Origin: a virus
Taxonomy: Duplodnaviria; Caudoviricetes
Length of the DNA: 64,000 nucleotides
IMG/VR virus record: IMGVR_UViG_3300017432_000006
Span: 8,857 to 72,856 of that record
Direction: 5' to 3' (one strand)
The position numbers and the translations under genes are program-made. Below the pieces are notes generated by a model, which made no database searches, was not told the origin of the DNA, and saw only the letters and a list, made by a program, of their open reading frames with translations. This document shows, piece after piece, positions 48,794 through 57,268 of this stretch (position 1 is its first letter; each line of letters opens with the position of its first letter).

Positions 48794-48860
48794 TTCAATT
48801 CCTTTGTTCGATGGGGAGGGGTGGGAAGTTTAAAGACATTCCCAGGTCTTAGAACTTAGA

Positions 48861-49094
48861 TCAGAGGAACTTGCCGGAAGCGGTGAGAAGCATTCCGCAA
48901 GAAACGCACTTGTGAGCCCCAACAGAAGCCTTGAAGTGCATATCCCCACCACACTTACAGGTCTCCGTACCGTGCTCACCAGAGCGCGTGTACTCGTCAC
49001 GGATAGCGGCCACCTCATAGCCGTGCTCATCCGTACCCGCGTAGGTGGTGTGGGCGCGAGCAACAGCGGCGGCGAACCAGGGGTTGTGCTTCAT
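48861..49094 (-). CDS. Zn-ribbon early protein
   Basis: CKCGG...CVSCG; first gene after promoter 49166. Confidence 0.7.
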   Translation of the reverse strand: MKHNPWFAAAVARAHTTYAGTDEHGYEVAAIRDEYTRSGEHGTETCKCGGDMHFKASVGAHKCVSCGMLLTASGKFL

Positions 49095-49138
49095 GACTGC
49101 CTCTCCGTTGGGGGACCCTCCCCCTTCCTTGTGCCTTA

Positions 49139-49166
49139 AGTCTATGGCATACAGGCACAGTGTCAA
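49139..49166 (-). promoter_or_regulatory. Early promoter TTGACA-16-TAGACT with tandem ARG-like boxes at 49189-49222
   Basis: Consensus hexamers; conserved leader to GGAGAGG-ATG. Confidence 0.8.
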
Positions 49167-49231
49167 GCCCAAACAGCAAAATCCCCAATGAATTTTCATG
49201 CATGGGTGTGCATGATCATGCAGTGTCCGTA

Positions 49232-49362
49232 ATGTCCGATTTGTCCCTTTTGCCCTAGAGTGACTGCTGGCACTTTCAGAATGTCCGTTTTGTCCCTGCC
49301 AGGGTCAATGTCCGATTTGTCCCCCGCCCCATGGGCGGTATCCCATATGTCCGTTTTGTCCT
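49232..49362 (+). repeat. Four iterons ATGTCCGWTTTGTCC
   Basis: Copies start at 49232, 49281, 49308 and 49347. Confidence 0.85.
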
Positions 49363-49470
49363 AGGTTGTACTGATATATCCTGACATATCGTGATTTGGC
49401 CCTGTTGTCCCTTTACCACAAAGGCCGGGGATGGTGAGGGTAGTTTAGCCACATACCCTAGGTGGTAGTA

Positions 49471-49611
49471 TCACAGATTCCAGATAGATTCGATTGTCTC
49501 TAGCGTAGCCTCATAAGCCTCAGCCTCTTTGATGTTTCCTTCCTCCCGGCATTCCTCAGCACACTCAGAAATCATCTTGTGAAGCCGGTTAGCCTTTTCG
49601 TCAAAAGCCAT
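49471..49611 (-). CDS. Small acidic early protein (46 aa)
   Basis: Flanked by two pseudoknot elements; RBS AGGA. Confidence 0.6.
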   Translation of the reverse strand: MAFDEKANRLHKMISECAEECREEGNIKEAEAYEATLETIESIWNL

Positions 49612-49681
49612 TGTTTGTCCTGTCTGTGAGAAAGGGCGGGGGATTGGTGGGCAGTTTTACTACTTACCCAGGTAGTCCTAA

Positions 49682-49855
49682 CTAGGAAGCGATACGGACG
49701 ATGCGACGGCGGGTGATCTGGAACTTAGAGATGCAGTTATCACCAGTAAGGGTAATCACCTTCCCCGTCTCCATGGAACGTGCCTCACCGTAACCCAGGA
49801 ATTCGAAGTGCTCGCCATTGGTGTAACGGATGAGGACGGTACCGACGGTCTTCAT
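49682..49855 (-). CDS. Early protein (57 aa)
   Basis: First gene after promoter 49928. Confidence 0.65.
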   Translation of the reverse strand: MKTVGTVLIRYTNGEHFEFLGYGEARSMETGKVITLTGDNCISKFQITRRRIVRIAS

Positions 49856-49898
49856 GATTCCCTCTCCGGTTGGGGTCTTTCCCCTCCCTGTAAGCACC

Positions 49899-49928
49899 AT
49901 GGTAGTAGGGGTTGGGGGAGTCTGTCTA
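49899..49928 (-). promoter_or_regulatory. Early promoter TAGACA-18-TACCAT with a TGTAC direct repeat at 49948-49964
   Basis: Hexamers plus conserved leader. Confidence 0.7.
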
Positions 49929-50049
49929 CTCGAAACGGCAAGATTTTTGTACTGACTTTTGTACCGGGTCACCGCCCGCAGGGTGGTTGCGTGTTCAACC
50001 AAATGTGTTGTGTGAGAATGGTTTTCAGCAATAGTGGAAACGGCGGGTG

Positions 50050-50202
50050 TTAGTCAGGGTTAGTCATATCCCTAATGTAGTAACTAACAGAGGTGTATTC
50101 CCTAGACAAAGAATTGCGGTACTCAATTGCAGCGGCATGTGTATCGAATGGTCCATACACATCAGCAGGGTATCCATAAATGGTAGCGACAATGCAGCAC
50201 AT
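50050..50202 (-). CDS. Early protein (50 aa, YGPF motif)
   Basis: RBS AAAGGA; MCCIVATIYGYPADVYGPFDTHAAA. Confidence 0.55.
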   Translation of the reverse strand: MCCIVATIYGYPADVYGPFDTHAAAIEYRNSLSREYTSVSYYIRDMTNPD

Positions 50203-50404
50203 GCGGTAAATCCTTTCGTTTTGTGGGGTATTTGCGGAATTAATTGCGGAAAATGGCCGAATTTGCGGAAAAAGGGGCGCTATATGTAAAAAACCAATGC
50301 CTAAAAATCGGCTGTCACAGAATTTTTGTTCAACAATTCATTTTTGTCACATGAATGCTAACCTTGTTCATCTACACGTTCGGTGCGCTATATCTTCGAC
50401 CTTT

Positions 50405-51072
50405 TCAGTAAACCGTCCGGTAGTCCGTTATCTCTATCACTGTGGTATGTACTTCAATAGGATCGCTAGGGGTTGCTATCTCTTCCCGCGTCTCCCGCGC
50501 CGCCTGTAATGTTGGGTATTGCTGCCCACCGAACCAAATGCTTTCTTGTCTCACTGTGGGACGTTTGCTGTAAGTGCTTTCTATCTCATTCATCAAACCC
50601 CGCCCGTCCGGCTGTAGTCGAATAGCGCCTTCTCTAGATACTTACACATATCACGATACTCAATTAAGTTCTTTCGTGCTTCGTAAAAGGTGTGTAGTGC
50701 AAAATACTCTGAATCATTGTTAATAAGGCTTGCCACTTCAACCCCGCGCCTTTTCTACATTGACACCAGTAACAATGAATCCGTAGGCAATGTTCTCCCG
50801 AGTCTCAATCTCTTCAACATTCATTTCAACCCCGCGCCTCATCGTAGTTGTCAATAGCCGTAGCGACCATCATTCGCATATCCCGCACATCATCCCGGCG
50901 CATTCCGTCAAGCATTCCGAGGAACATCTTTGCAGCGTCATACTCAGCGTCATTGTTGATGAATGCCCTAGGCTGATAAACCATCTTAACCCCGCCGATT
51001 CTTGAGAATGTCCCTAATGTCAAGCAATAGCCAACAGATAACCACTAGCAGAAAGAAGATACCAACGTCCAT
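50405..51072 (-). other. Chain of five translationally coupled mini-ORFs (50986-51072, 50826-50984, 50738-50824, 50593-50736, 50405-50593)
   Basis: Each start is preceded by GCGGGGTT; lengths 28, 52, 28, 47 and 62 aa. Confidence 0.65.
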
Positions 51073-51144
51073 CCTAACCCCGCCTTTTCGTTGTTGTGCG
51101 CTATTGGTGTGGGCCTTTTACCGACAATGCCCAGGTCTATTCAC

Positions 51145-51306
51145 TTACTTGTCCCAACGAATGTTCGTCTTAACCCATTCACGCATTCCCTCGTCACCCT
51201 CAGAAAGCATCTTCTCATAAAGGTCAATCATTGCGGCCTGATAGCCATTCATGTGCCACTTTGTCTGAGTAGTACCATTGGGGGCGTAAGCGGGAACAAC
51301 GCGCAT
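51145..51306 (-). CDS. Early protein (53 aa)
   Basis: Between two pseudoknot elements; RBS AAAAGG. Confidence 0.6.
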   Translation of the reverse strand: MRVVPAYAPNGTTQTKWHMNGYQAAMIDLYEKMLSEGDEGMREWVKTNIRWDK

Positions 51307-51384
51307 TGTTTCGGCCTTTTCTGTGAATGGTGCCGGGGTTTTGGTGGGGCCTTTTAGAATGTCATGCCCAGGACATTTGCTGAA

Positions 51385-51549
51385 TCAGTAAACAGTGACG
51401 AACAAATCACGCTGACGGTGAATCCGCTGAGTCTTTCCGTCAGCCGCAACAAAGAGGATCGTAACAAAGTCACTGTAACGGTGCGCGGCGGTCACCGTAC
51501 CCTCATCGATGACGTCCCCGGCCTCAAGGTCCCAAACGATCTTCTTCAT
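51385..51549 (-). CDS. Small beta-barrel-like early protein (54 aa)
   Basis: First gene after promoter 51623; paralog of 54443..54622. Confidence 0.7.
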   Translation of the reverse strand: MKKIVWDLEAGDVIDEGTVTAAHRYSDFVTILFVAADGKTQRIHRQRDLFVTVY

Positions 51550-51595
51550 GATTCCCTCTCCGTCCGGGGGACGTTCCCCCTTCCTTGTAAGACCT

Positions 51596-51623
51596 AGCGT
51601 ACACCATCTAGGGGCGTGGTCAA
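51596..51623 (-). promoter_or_regulatory. Early promoter TTGACC-16-TACGCT with a perfect CRP-type site at 51644-51659
   Basis: TGTGA-CGTGCA-TCACA. Confidence 0.75.
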
Positions 51624-51659
51624 CCCCAAACCGCGCGGGTCAGTGTGACGTGCATCACA

Positions 51660-51806
51660 TCACGGACGGTCAACGAACCTAACCGTAAATTCCTCCGTAT
51701 CATTAGACTTACTGACATTCTCATAAGCATCATCAATGTCGTCAAAGGGCCCGGTAATTCCGAGAATAAAAGCGTTCTTTGCGTCCTGCTTAACGATAAC
51801 GTACAT
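51660..51806 (-). CDS. Early protein (48 aa, GPF motif)
   Basis: RBS GAGGG. Confidence 0.55.
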   Translation of the reverse strand: MYVIVKQDAKNAFILGITGPFDDIDDAYENVSKSNDTEEFTVRFVDRP

Positions 51807-51814
51807 TCTACTAA

Positions 51815-52027
51815 TCACTCACCCTCACGATAGACAATGGTGTCGGAAGTGTCATACTCGGGAACACGAACAGGATTCATCCAAATGCTGCGTCGAACGT
51901 CAGCATTCCTTGACAGCAATTCATCACGCAATCCCCGCCGGGCGGCAATCAAAGGGCCTACACAATCGCGCGGGACTCGAACGTGCCAGATACCAAAACC
52001 GTTAGCCCAGGTGGTAACCATCGTCAT
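51815..52027 (-). CDS. Early protein (70 aa)
   Basis: RBS AGGA after a pseudoknot element. Confidence 0.65.
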   Translation of the reverse strand: MTMVTTWANGFGIWHVRVPRDCVGPLIAARRGLRDELLSRNADVRRSIWMNPVRVPEYDTSDTIVYREGE

Positions 52028-52092
52028 TCCTGCTTTCTTTGTAGGTAATGGTGGGGCCTTTTACAGACATGCCCGGGTCTATTGTTCGGATA

Positions 52093-52398
52093 TCACATAA
52101 AACGCATCATTGCACGGTCAAGACGAGCCATCTTCTCATCGAAAGACAGTTCGACACTGGCAAGAATCATTGCGCGATAACGGGCGCCGATCTTTCGGTT
52201 GGTCTCCCGCGCGTCCCGCGCCGCCCACTCAGCCTGCCGCGCGCTAGCCACCGTGGCGCACGTTCCAGCGTGGTCCCCACGGCTGTAGTAACCAGAAGCG
52301 TACTCAGCGGAGAGGTTAACCGTAGCACCGAAGCACGTTCCGACCATGGTGCCACACTCAGCGCACGCCCGGACACTGTGAACACGATTCGTCGCCAT
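52093..52398 (-). CDS. Early protein with CxxC (101 aa)
   Basis: First gene after promoter 52469; RBS GGAGGGAG. Confidence 0.7.
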   Translation of the reverse strand: MATNRVHSVRACAECGTMVGTCFGATVNLSAEYASGYYSRGDHAGTCATVASARQAEWAARDARETNRKIGARYRAMILASVELSFDEKMARLDRAMMRFM

Positions 52399-52439
52399 GG
52401 TGCTCCCTCCCGGTAGGGTCCCTCCCTGCCGTTGGGTCA

Positions 52440-52469
52440 AGTATAGGCACGGCAGGGAGGGGCGGTCAA
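52440..52469 (-). promoter_or_regulatory. Early promoter TTGACC-18-TATACT with a GTGA-N7-TCAC site at 52492-52506
   Basis: Near-consensus hexamers. Confidence 0.8.
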
Positions 52470-52502
52470 CCCGAACGAACAACTACTTTGGGTGACTGCC
52501 GA

Positions 52503-52862
52503 TCACTCAAAGTCAAACGAGGGACGACGAATGCTGTAACCGGCAATTCGGTAATCGGGAAGCCCGGCAATCTGAGAAAGCACAGAATCAACCTCGAAAA
52601 CATCGAGCCAACCGATAACATCACCAGTGACCGGGGTTCCATAGGTAATGTCACCATCCTCATTCAGAACAGCAATCTCCCAAAGACCATCCCGACCACC
52701 ATAACTACCAGAGTGAGAAATGATAGAAGCGGCAAAACCGTTCTCAAAAAGAATGACAATTCGCTTACTGTTGGGAATGCCGTCAATAGCGCCCGCCTCA
52801 ATCACAACACCATTGTTGTGAAGGGTAAGCATGTTTCCGGTGATGGTGGCGAGAGCAGACAT
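52503..52862 (-). CDS. Conserved phage protein (119 aa)
   Basis: FENG..ASII....SYGG..GLWEIAVL......Y.TP.T.DV.GWL pattern, common in diverse phages. Confidence 0.7.
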   Translation of the reverse strand: MSALATITGNMLTLHNNGVVIEAGAIDGIPNSKRIVILFENGFAASIISHSGSYGGRDGLWEIAVLNEDGDITYGTPVTGDVIGWLDVFEVDSVLSQIAGLPDYRIAGYSIRRPSFDFE

Positions 52863-52927
52863 TGTTTTTCCTTTCCAAGAATGGCCGGGGGATTGGGCCT
52901 TTTTGTATCTTGCCCAGGATATTTAGA

Positions 52928-53065
52928 TCAGTAGCAGTGAATGCACTCGTGATCGGGGTTACCAATCGCGGCAATGCAATCCATCATCCCGAAGAAGTCA
53001 TCAGCGTGCTCATCCTCGGGACCGAACTTTGCCGGGTCATCCTCGAAGTCAAAGTCAAAAGCCAT
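52928..53065 (-). CDS. Very acidic Cys/His-containing early peptide (45 aa)
   Basis: First gene after promoter 53141. Confidence 0.65.
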   Translation of the reverse strand: MAFDFDFEDDPAKFGPEDEHADDFFGMMDCIAAIGNPDHECIHCY

Positions 53066-53111
53066 GATTTCCTCTCCGGTCCGGGGGTCCGTCCCCCTTC
53101 CTTGTGTCTTT

Positions 53112-53141
53112 AGAGTAAGCCATGGGGAGGGGTAGGTGCAA
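53112..53141 (-). promoter_or_regulatory. Early promoter TTGCAC-18-TACTCT with tandem ARG-like boxes at 53165-53198
   Basis: Hexamers plus conserved leader. Confidence 0.7.
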
Positions 53142-53245
53142 GCCGAAACCGAAGATTTTTCCCATGAATTTTCATGCATGGTGGCGCATGATCATGCATG
53201 GGCCGGGGAGGTTAGGCAGTTTATTCACATACCTAGGTGAGAATG

Positions 53246-53668
53246 TCACCCAAAGAAATCCGGCAGGGCAACCGGGTCATTCATGGTGCCATTCTTGAAG
53301 TTGTAAAGCACCCAAGCCGTGCGACCATTCCCGTCAGTGAACGGGTGAATCCAAAGAAACTCCTTAATCCATTCATCGACAGTAAGGTCATTGCCATGCA
53401 CGATAAGGCCAGAAACAAGCCGAACAACATCAGCGGCATTTGCAGCCGTACCACCATTGGCAAAGGTAACCGGCGTCTTTCGGTAAACCCCGCCATTGTC
53501 CGGCTCAACAATACCGGCAAGAATAGCGATGCTGCCCATCGTGATATCGGCGGGAGAAAGCGAAGAAGCGTACTCGTAACCCCGAATCAGTGTCCAAAGG
53601 CGCTCAATTCCAACGTGCTGCCGCTCGCACTCAATAGCAGCCGCAGAAGCAATCGCGTGAATGTTCAT
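53246..53668 (-). CDS. Fic/Doc family protein
   Basis: HPFTDGNGRTA Fic signature; YR...V.F flap motif. Confidence 0.9.
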   Translation of the reverse strand: MNIHAIASAAAIECERQHVGIERLWTLIRGYEYASSLSPADITMGSIAILAGIVEPDNGGVYRKTPVTFANGGTAANAADVVRLVSGLIVHGNDLTVDEWIKEFLWIHPFTDGNGRTAWVLYNFKNGTMNDPVALPDFFG

Positions 53669-53736
53669 CGAATTCTCTTTCTGTCGTTTTCGGGAATGGG
53701 TGTGGGCCTTTTAACATCATGCCCAGGATGTTTGAA

Positions 53737-53880
53737 TCAAGCCATAGAACGGAAGTCAACCATGTGGGTAAGATTTCCATTCTGAATCTTGCACCAGCCA
53801 AAAACAAATTCAATGACAGTACCGGTGCGAGTCATTCCCGAAAGGTCGCGCCCGACGATCTTGTCACCAATGTTCGGCAT
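53737..53880 (-). CDS. Small SH3/KOW-like early protein (47 aa)
   Basis: First gene after promoter 53954. Confidence 0.65.
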   Translation of the reverse strand: MPNIGDKIVGRDLSGMTRTGTVIEFVFGWCKIQNGNLTHMVDFRSMA

Positions 53881-53925
53881 GATTTCCTCTCCGGGGGAAG
53901 GTCCCTCCCTCCCCCTGCAAGCACA

Positions 53926-53954
53926 AGGGTAACGGTCTGGGGGAGGGTTGTCTA
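53926..53954 (-). promoter_or_regulatory. Early promoter TAGACA-17-TACCCT with tandem ARG-like boxes at 53977-54010
   Basis: Hexamers plus conserved leader. Confidence 0.7.
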
Positions 53955-54035
53955 CTCGAACGGCAACTTTTTCCCATGAATTTTCATGCACGACCATGCA
54001 TGATCATGCGCGACGCTGAGTGTCTTTGATCCTCG

Positions 54036-54221
54036 TTACTTCTTCCTGTAAGACGCGCGAATGATGACGATAGCGGCAACAATACCGATAACGAGATTGA
54101 CACCAATAGGCATCATGACAACCGCCGGGGATAGGGTGAACATCGTCAGAATACCGGCAATGATCATACCAGCGAAAACATAGCACCCAACAATAATGAT
54201 ACCGGCGGCTGTATTGCTCAT
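54036..54221 (-). CDS. Two-TM membrane protein (61 aa)
   Basis: Hydrophobic; start at ATG 54221, just after the upstream stop. Confidence 0.6.
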   Translation of the reverse strand: MSNTAAGIIIVGCYVFAGMIIAGILTMFTLSPAVVMMPIGVNLVIGIVAAIVIIRASYRKK

Positions 54222-54225
54222 TGTA

Positions 54226-54378
54226 TTAAACCCAATCGCTAACGGTGCGGGAAACCTTGACGTAGGAATAGTTGCCCATTCCAGCATACTGATTGACGTA
54301 GTAATCAGCCTGTGACTCGTCAAGACAAGGAAGAATGCTGTCGCCATTGATTCGCTTAACGCCCCACTCAGTACGCAT
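54226..54378 (-). CDS. Early protein (50 aa)
   Basis: RBS AGAGGA after a pseudoknot element. Confidence 0.6.
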   Translation of the reverse strand: MRTEWGVKRINGDSILPCLDESQADYYVNQYAGMGNYSYVKVSRTVSDWV

Positions 54379-54442
54379 GATTCCTCTTTCTGTTGTTGTT
54401 CAAGAATGGTGGGCAGTTTCTATTCATGCCCAGGAATAGAAA

Positions 54443-54622
54443 TCAGGAATTTCCCATTTCGAAAACCGTCAGCATCACATCCCGAAGAAAGCACTCACGA
54501 CCGTTAACACCATCATTGGTGAAACGAACATCAACAAACTCACTGTATCGGTAAACAGCGGTAACGGTACCGTATCCCATGACAACATCACCGATAGTCA
54601 GAGACTGTGCATCCTTGAACAT
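54443..54622 (-). CDS. Small beta-barrel-like early protein (59 aa)
   Basis: L.IGDV....GTVTAV.RYS.FV; paralog of 51385..51549. Confidence 0.7.
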   Translation of the reverse strand: MFKDAQSLTIGDVVMGYGTVTAVYRYSEFVDVRFTNDGVNGRECFLRDVMLTVFEMGNS

Positions 54623-54663
54623 GATTTCCTTTCCTGGCCGGGTCCCTCCCTGCCGATGTGATA

Positions 54664-54693
54664 AACCTATGCCCTGCCCGCTAGGTCTGTCAA
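54664..54693 (-). promoter_or_regulatory. Early promoter TTGACA-18-TAGGTT with a TGTAC direct repeat at 54713-54728
   Basis: Hexamers plus conserved leader. Confidence 0.75.
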
Positions 54694-54749
54694 CCCGAAA
54701 CCCAAGAAACTTTGTACCAATTTTGTACCAACCAAAAATCCATCCTACG

Positions 54750-54784
54750 GGCCGGTAGGCTGAGTGTGTACCTACCTACCGGCC
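54750..54784 (-). terminator. Hairpin/terminator after gene 54799..55197
   Basis: GGCCGGTAGG/CCTACCGGCC 10-bp stem. Confidence 0.55.
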
Positions 54785-54798
54785 TGTTCCTGGGACCC

Positions 54799-55197
54799 TC
54801 AGAGAGCGGCTACAGCGTGCCTAGCGCGTGCCTCATCAATGGGCAGGGGATAACCCGAGGAAGTACGGGAAAGGAAATCATCGGAACCCTTATCATAAGG
54901 CGTCAGCATATCGGCATCAAGAGCAAACAGATATGCCAGGAAGAATCCCCAAGAATCATAGGTGGCAGCATAGTCAAGGGAATAGCGGTCAACATTCTTT
55001 GCAGTACCGGCATTAACGCGCCTCTTTGAATGGGTCCCGTCACCGATCAACTTAACGGTAATGCCATTCTTGCGCTTAGTGCTACCGTGCCAATCGAAAT
55101 CATCAAGAATGACCTTACCGTGCCCGGCATTTCGCGCAGCATACTCAGTAGCAGAAACAATATCCTTGTAACCGATAACGTCAGAGTGAATACGCAT
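54799..55197 (-). CDS. Conserved hypothetical protein (132 aa)
   Basis: HGSTKR...AATYDSWG.FLA.LF..D pattern. Confidence 0.7.
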   Translation of the reverse strand: MRIHSDVIGYKDIVSATEYAARNAGHGKVILDDFDWHGSTKRKNGITVKLIGDGTHSKRRVNAGTAKNVDRYSLDYAATYDSWGFFLAYLFALDADMLTPYDKGSDDFLSRTSSGYPLPIDEARARHAVAAL

Positions 55198-55199
55198 GA

Positions 55200-55490
55200 T
55201 TACCTCTTAATCTTAGTCGCGGGAAGATTGAAGGGAATTGCTTCGATAAACCAATCACGATCAAAGCCGTAACCATCCTGCGCGTCGCAGAAAGCCTTAC
55301 CGTCCGCCCAATTGTCGAAGATAGCAACAACGTTAGGCGTACTATGCCAGGAATCGGCATTGCAATACTTCACCGCCCAAATGGTGTTTGTAAAGTCACC
55401 AATGGAAACAATGCTACTCATATCAATCCTCCCAATGCCCATCCATTGCATTGTCAACAATGGCATACTCTGAATTGTAGTGAATGTCAT
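55200..55490 (-). CDS. Hypothetical protein (96 aa; true start may be internal)
   Basis: ORF in series. Confidence 0.55.
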   Translation of the reverse strand: MTFTTIQSMPLLTMQWMGIGRIDMSSIVSIGDFTNTIWAVKYCNADSWHSTPNVVAIFDNWADGKAFCDAQDGYGFDRDWFIEAIPFNLPATKIKR

Positions 55491-55561
55491 GACTAGGCGC
55501 GGAAATCTCGCACGGGAAACGCTCGGGGGAATCGCGGAACCACATCACCGAATTACACACA

Positions 55562-55735
55562 TCAAACCTCTCGAATACGCATACGGTTGGCGTAGTTTGG
55601 CTGATTCTCTCGATACTCAGCAAAAGCAATCTCAGCGTCTTTGCGAGTATCCTTTGCCGGGCCGATAGGAAGCCATACCTGTGTCATTCTCGCGCCGCTA
55701 AACGGGTTGATCTTCTTAACCTCAACAACAAACAT
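55562..55735 (-). CDS. Early protein (57 aa)
   Basis: RBS GAGAGG. Confidence 0.55.
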   Translation of the reverse strand: MFVVEVKKINPFSGARMTQVWLPIGPAKDTRKDAEIAFAEYRENQPNYANRMRIREV

Positions 55736-55909
55736 GGGAATTCCTCTCAGAAAGCCGGGGGACGCTCTAGCGAAGAAACATACATCATATCGAAGGAAGG
55801 CGCCTTTGCCTTTGCCTTGAACATTCGCCGGAAGAAAGCCACGGGAATTCTCCTAATGTATTGCGAGGAATGGGAGGGTTAGTTTTACATCATAACCCAG
55901 GATGAGATA

Positions 55910-56053
55910 TCAGAAACGCTCGCGGCTGATAACCCGGTCGTCCTTGTCAAGAACGATGCGAACATTGTAGAGAAAGACGCCGTAAGGGTCAAGGATACGG
56001 TAAATGGGAAAACCGTTGTCATCGAAACCCATAAAACGCTCGCGGTTGTCCAT
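55910..56053 (-). CDS. Early protein (47 aa)
   Basis: First gene after promoter 56125; RBS GAAAGG. Confidence 0.6.
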   Translation of the reverse strand: MDNRERFMGFDDNGFPIYRILDPYGVFLYNVRIVLDKDDRVISRERF

Positions 56054-56096
56054 GGGTTCCTTTCTCGGGAAGGTCCGTCCCTCCCTGACAAGACCT

Positions 56097-56125
56097 AGTT
56101 AATCACCATCCGGCCCGCCCGTCAA
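56097..56125 (-). promoter_or_regulatory. Early promoter TTGACG-17-TTAACT with a CRP-like site at 56146-56161
   Basis: TGTGG-N6-TCACA. Confidence 0.65.
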
Positions 56126-56295
56126 GCCGAATCGGCGGGGTTGTGTGTGGTGTGCGTCACACTACGCAGAGTAACCGCCGGATACCGATTCTAGAAACCA
56201 CCCAACGGTGCTATTTCTAGAATCGGCCCGGAATTAGCGAGGATTGAACCAACAAATCCAAAGAACAACCAACAGGACAACTACAGGAATGCCAT

Positions 56296-56469
56296 TCATC
56301 GTCCGCGCCGAATGTCATTGAAGAAACGAGCCGTACCAGCGAAACTACCACCAGTCATGCAATACGCCGCCCAAATCTCGGAATTGGGAATGAAGTTGTC
56401 GGGGTTGAAGGGGTTACCAATGTCACTCCCGAAACGAACAGCATCGGCAATCATCGAAGTAGTGATCAT
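56296..56469 (-). CDS. Early protein (57 aa)
   Basis: First gene after promoter 56609 and the three-way-junction leader. Confidence 0.6.
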   Translation of the reverse strand: MITTSMIADAVRFGSDIGNPFNPDNFIPNSEIWAAYCMTGGSFAGTARFFNDIRRGR

Positions 56470-56502
56470 GATTTCTCTTTCTCGGGATGGAATGGTGCGG
56501 GA

Positions 56503-56575
56503 TTGTCAGGAAGCCGTTAACAGACCACAGACATTCGTTAAGGGATTTTTTGGTATCTCCCTCACTTCCTGACAA
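56503..56575 (-). ncRNA. Three-way-junction 5' leader RNA, copy A
   Basis: 11-bp P1 UUGUCAGGAAG/CUUCCUGACAA; homologous to 59817-59908 and 60754-60824. Confidence 0.65.
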
Positions 56576-56580
56576 GAAGA

Positions 56581-56609
56581 ACACTACGGGACCGCGCACC
56601 CAGAGTCAA
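56581..56609 (-). promoter_or_regulatory. Early promoter TTGACT-17-TAGTGT with a TGTAC direct repeat at 56618-56634
   Basis: Near-consensus hexamers. Confidence 0.8.
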
Positions 56610-56846
56610 GCCAGTTCTGTACCAACTTTTGTACCAAATTTTTTCAGCGTCTCCCGCGCCCAACCCCTCCCCCGGTACCCACCTACCCTGCCCTTCCTGG
56701 CAGGCTCTCAGTGTGCCCTACAGGCTCCCTAGCCTAGAAGTCTGATGGTGTGTAGTGGTCCGGGCCGGGGCAAGGAATGTCCGTCAAATCAAAGTCATAG
56801 TCTCTACAATGACAACAGATACCATCGGGTGTAAAGGAATGTCCCA

Positions 56847-57008
56847 TCAGAATTCCACCGCGATATCGAAATTCTCGCCCTCACTGGAAAGCCCGGCGTC
56901 AAATGCCGCACGAACAGCAGCGGCAATCATATTCGGAATGTCAACGTCAGCCATTTCAGCGCAATTGATGGAAAGATCACCGGCGTCATTGCGAACGGTA
57001 ATAAGCAT
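56847..57008 (-). CDS. Early protein (53 aa)
   Basis: TGATG coupling on both sides. Confidence 0.55.
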   Translation of the reverse strand: MLITVRNDAGDLSINCAEMADVDIPNMIAAAVRAAFDAGLSSEGENFDIAVEF

Positions 57009-57262
57009 CAGAAAAGGTTCCCATCCTGAGGAATAGCGGTGAAGAAATCAAAGGCAACAGCCTCGAACAAAGCATCACGCGCGGTTAGCGTAGTGTCCTC
57101 GTAGAACATATCCTGCGCGCGCGGGCAAATTACATCATACATGTAGCCATATGTCGCGGTATCCCAATAGGGACCGTCCGTACGCTCGAAAGCATAAAAG
57201 TAAACCGCCTCTCCCTCAAACCTCTCGGAATTGATTTGCTCGTCACGAATAGGATTGGTCAT
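57008..57262 (-). CDS. Acidic hypothetical protein (84 aa)
   Basis: RBS AGGAAG. Confidence 0.6.
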   Translation of the reverse strand: MTNPIRDEQINSERFEGEAVYFYAFERTDGPYWDTATYGYMYDVICPRAQDMFYEDTTLTARDALFEAVAFDFFTAIPQDGNLF

Positions 57263-57268
57263 TGCTAC

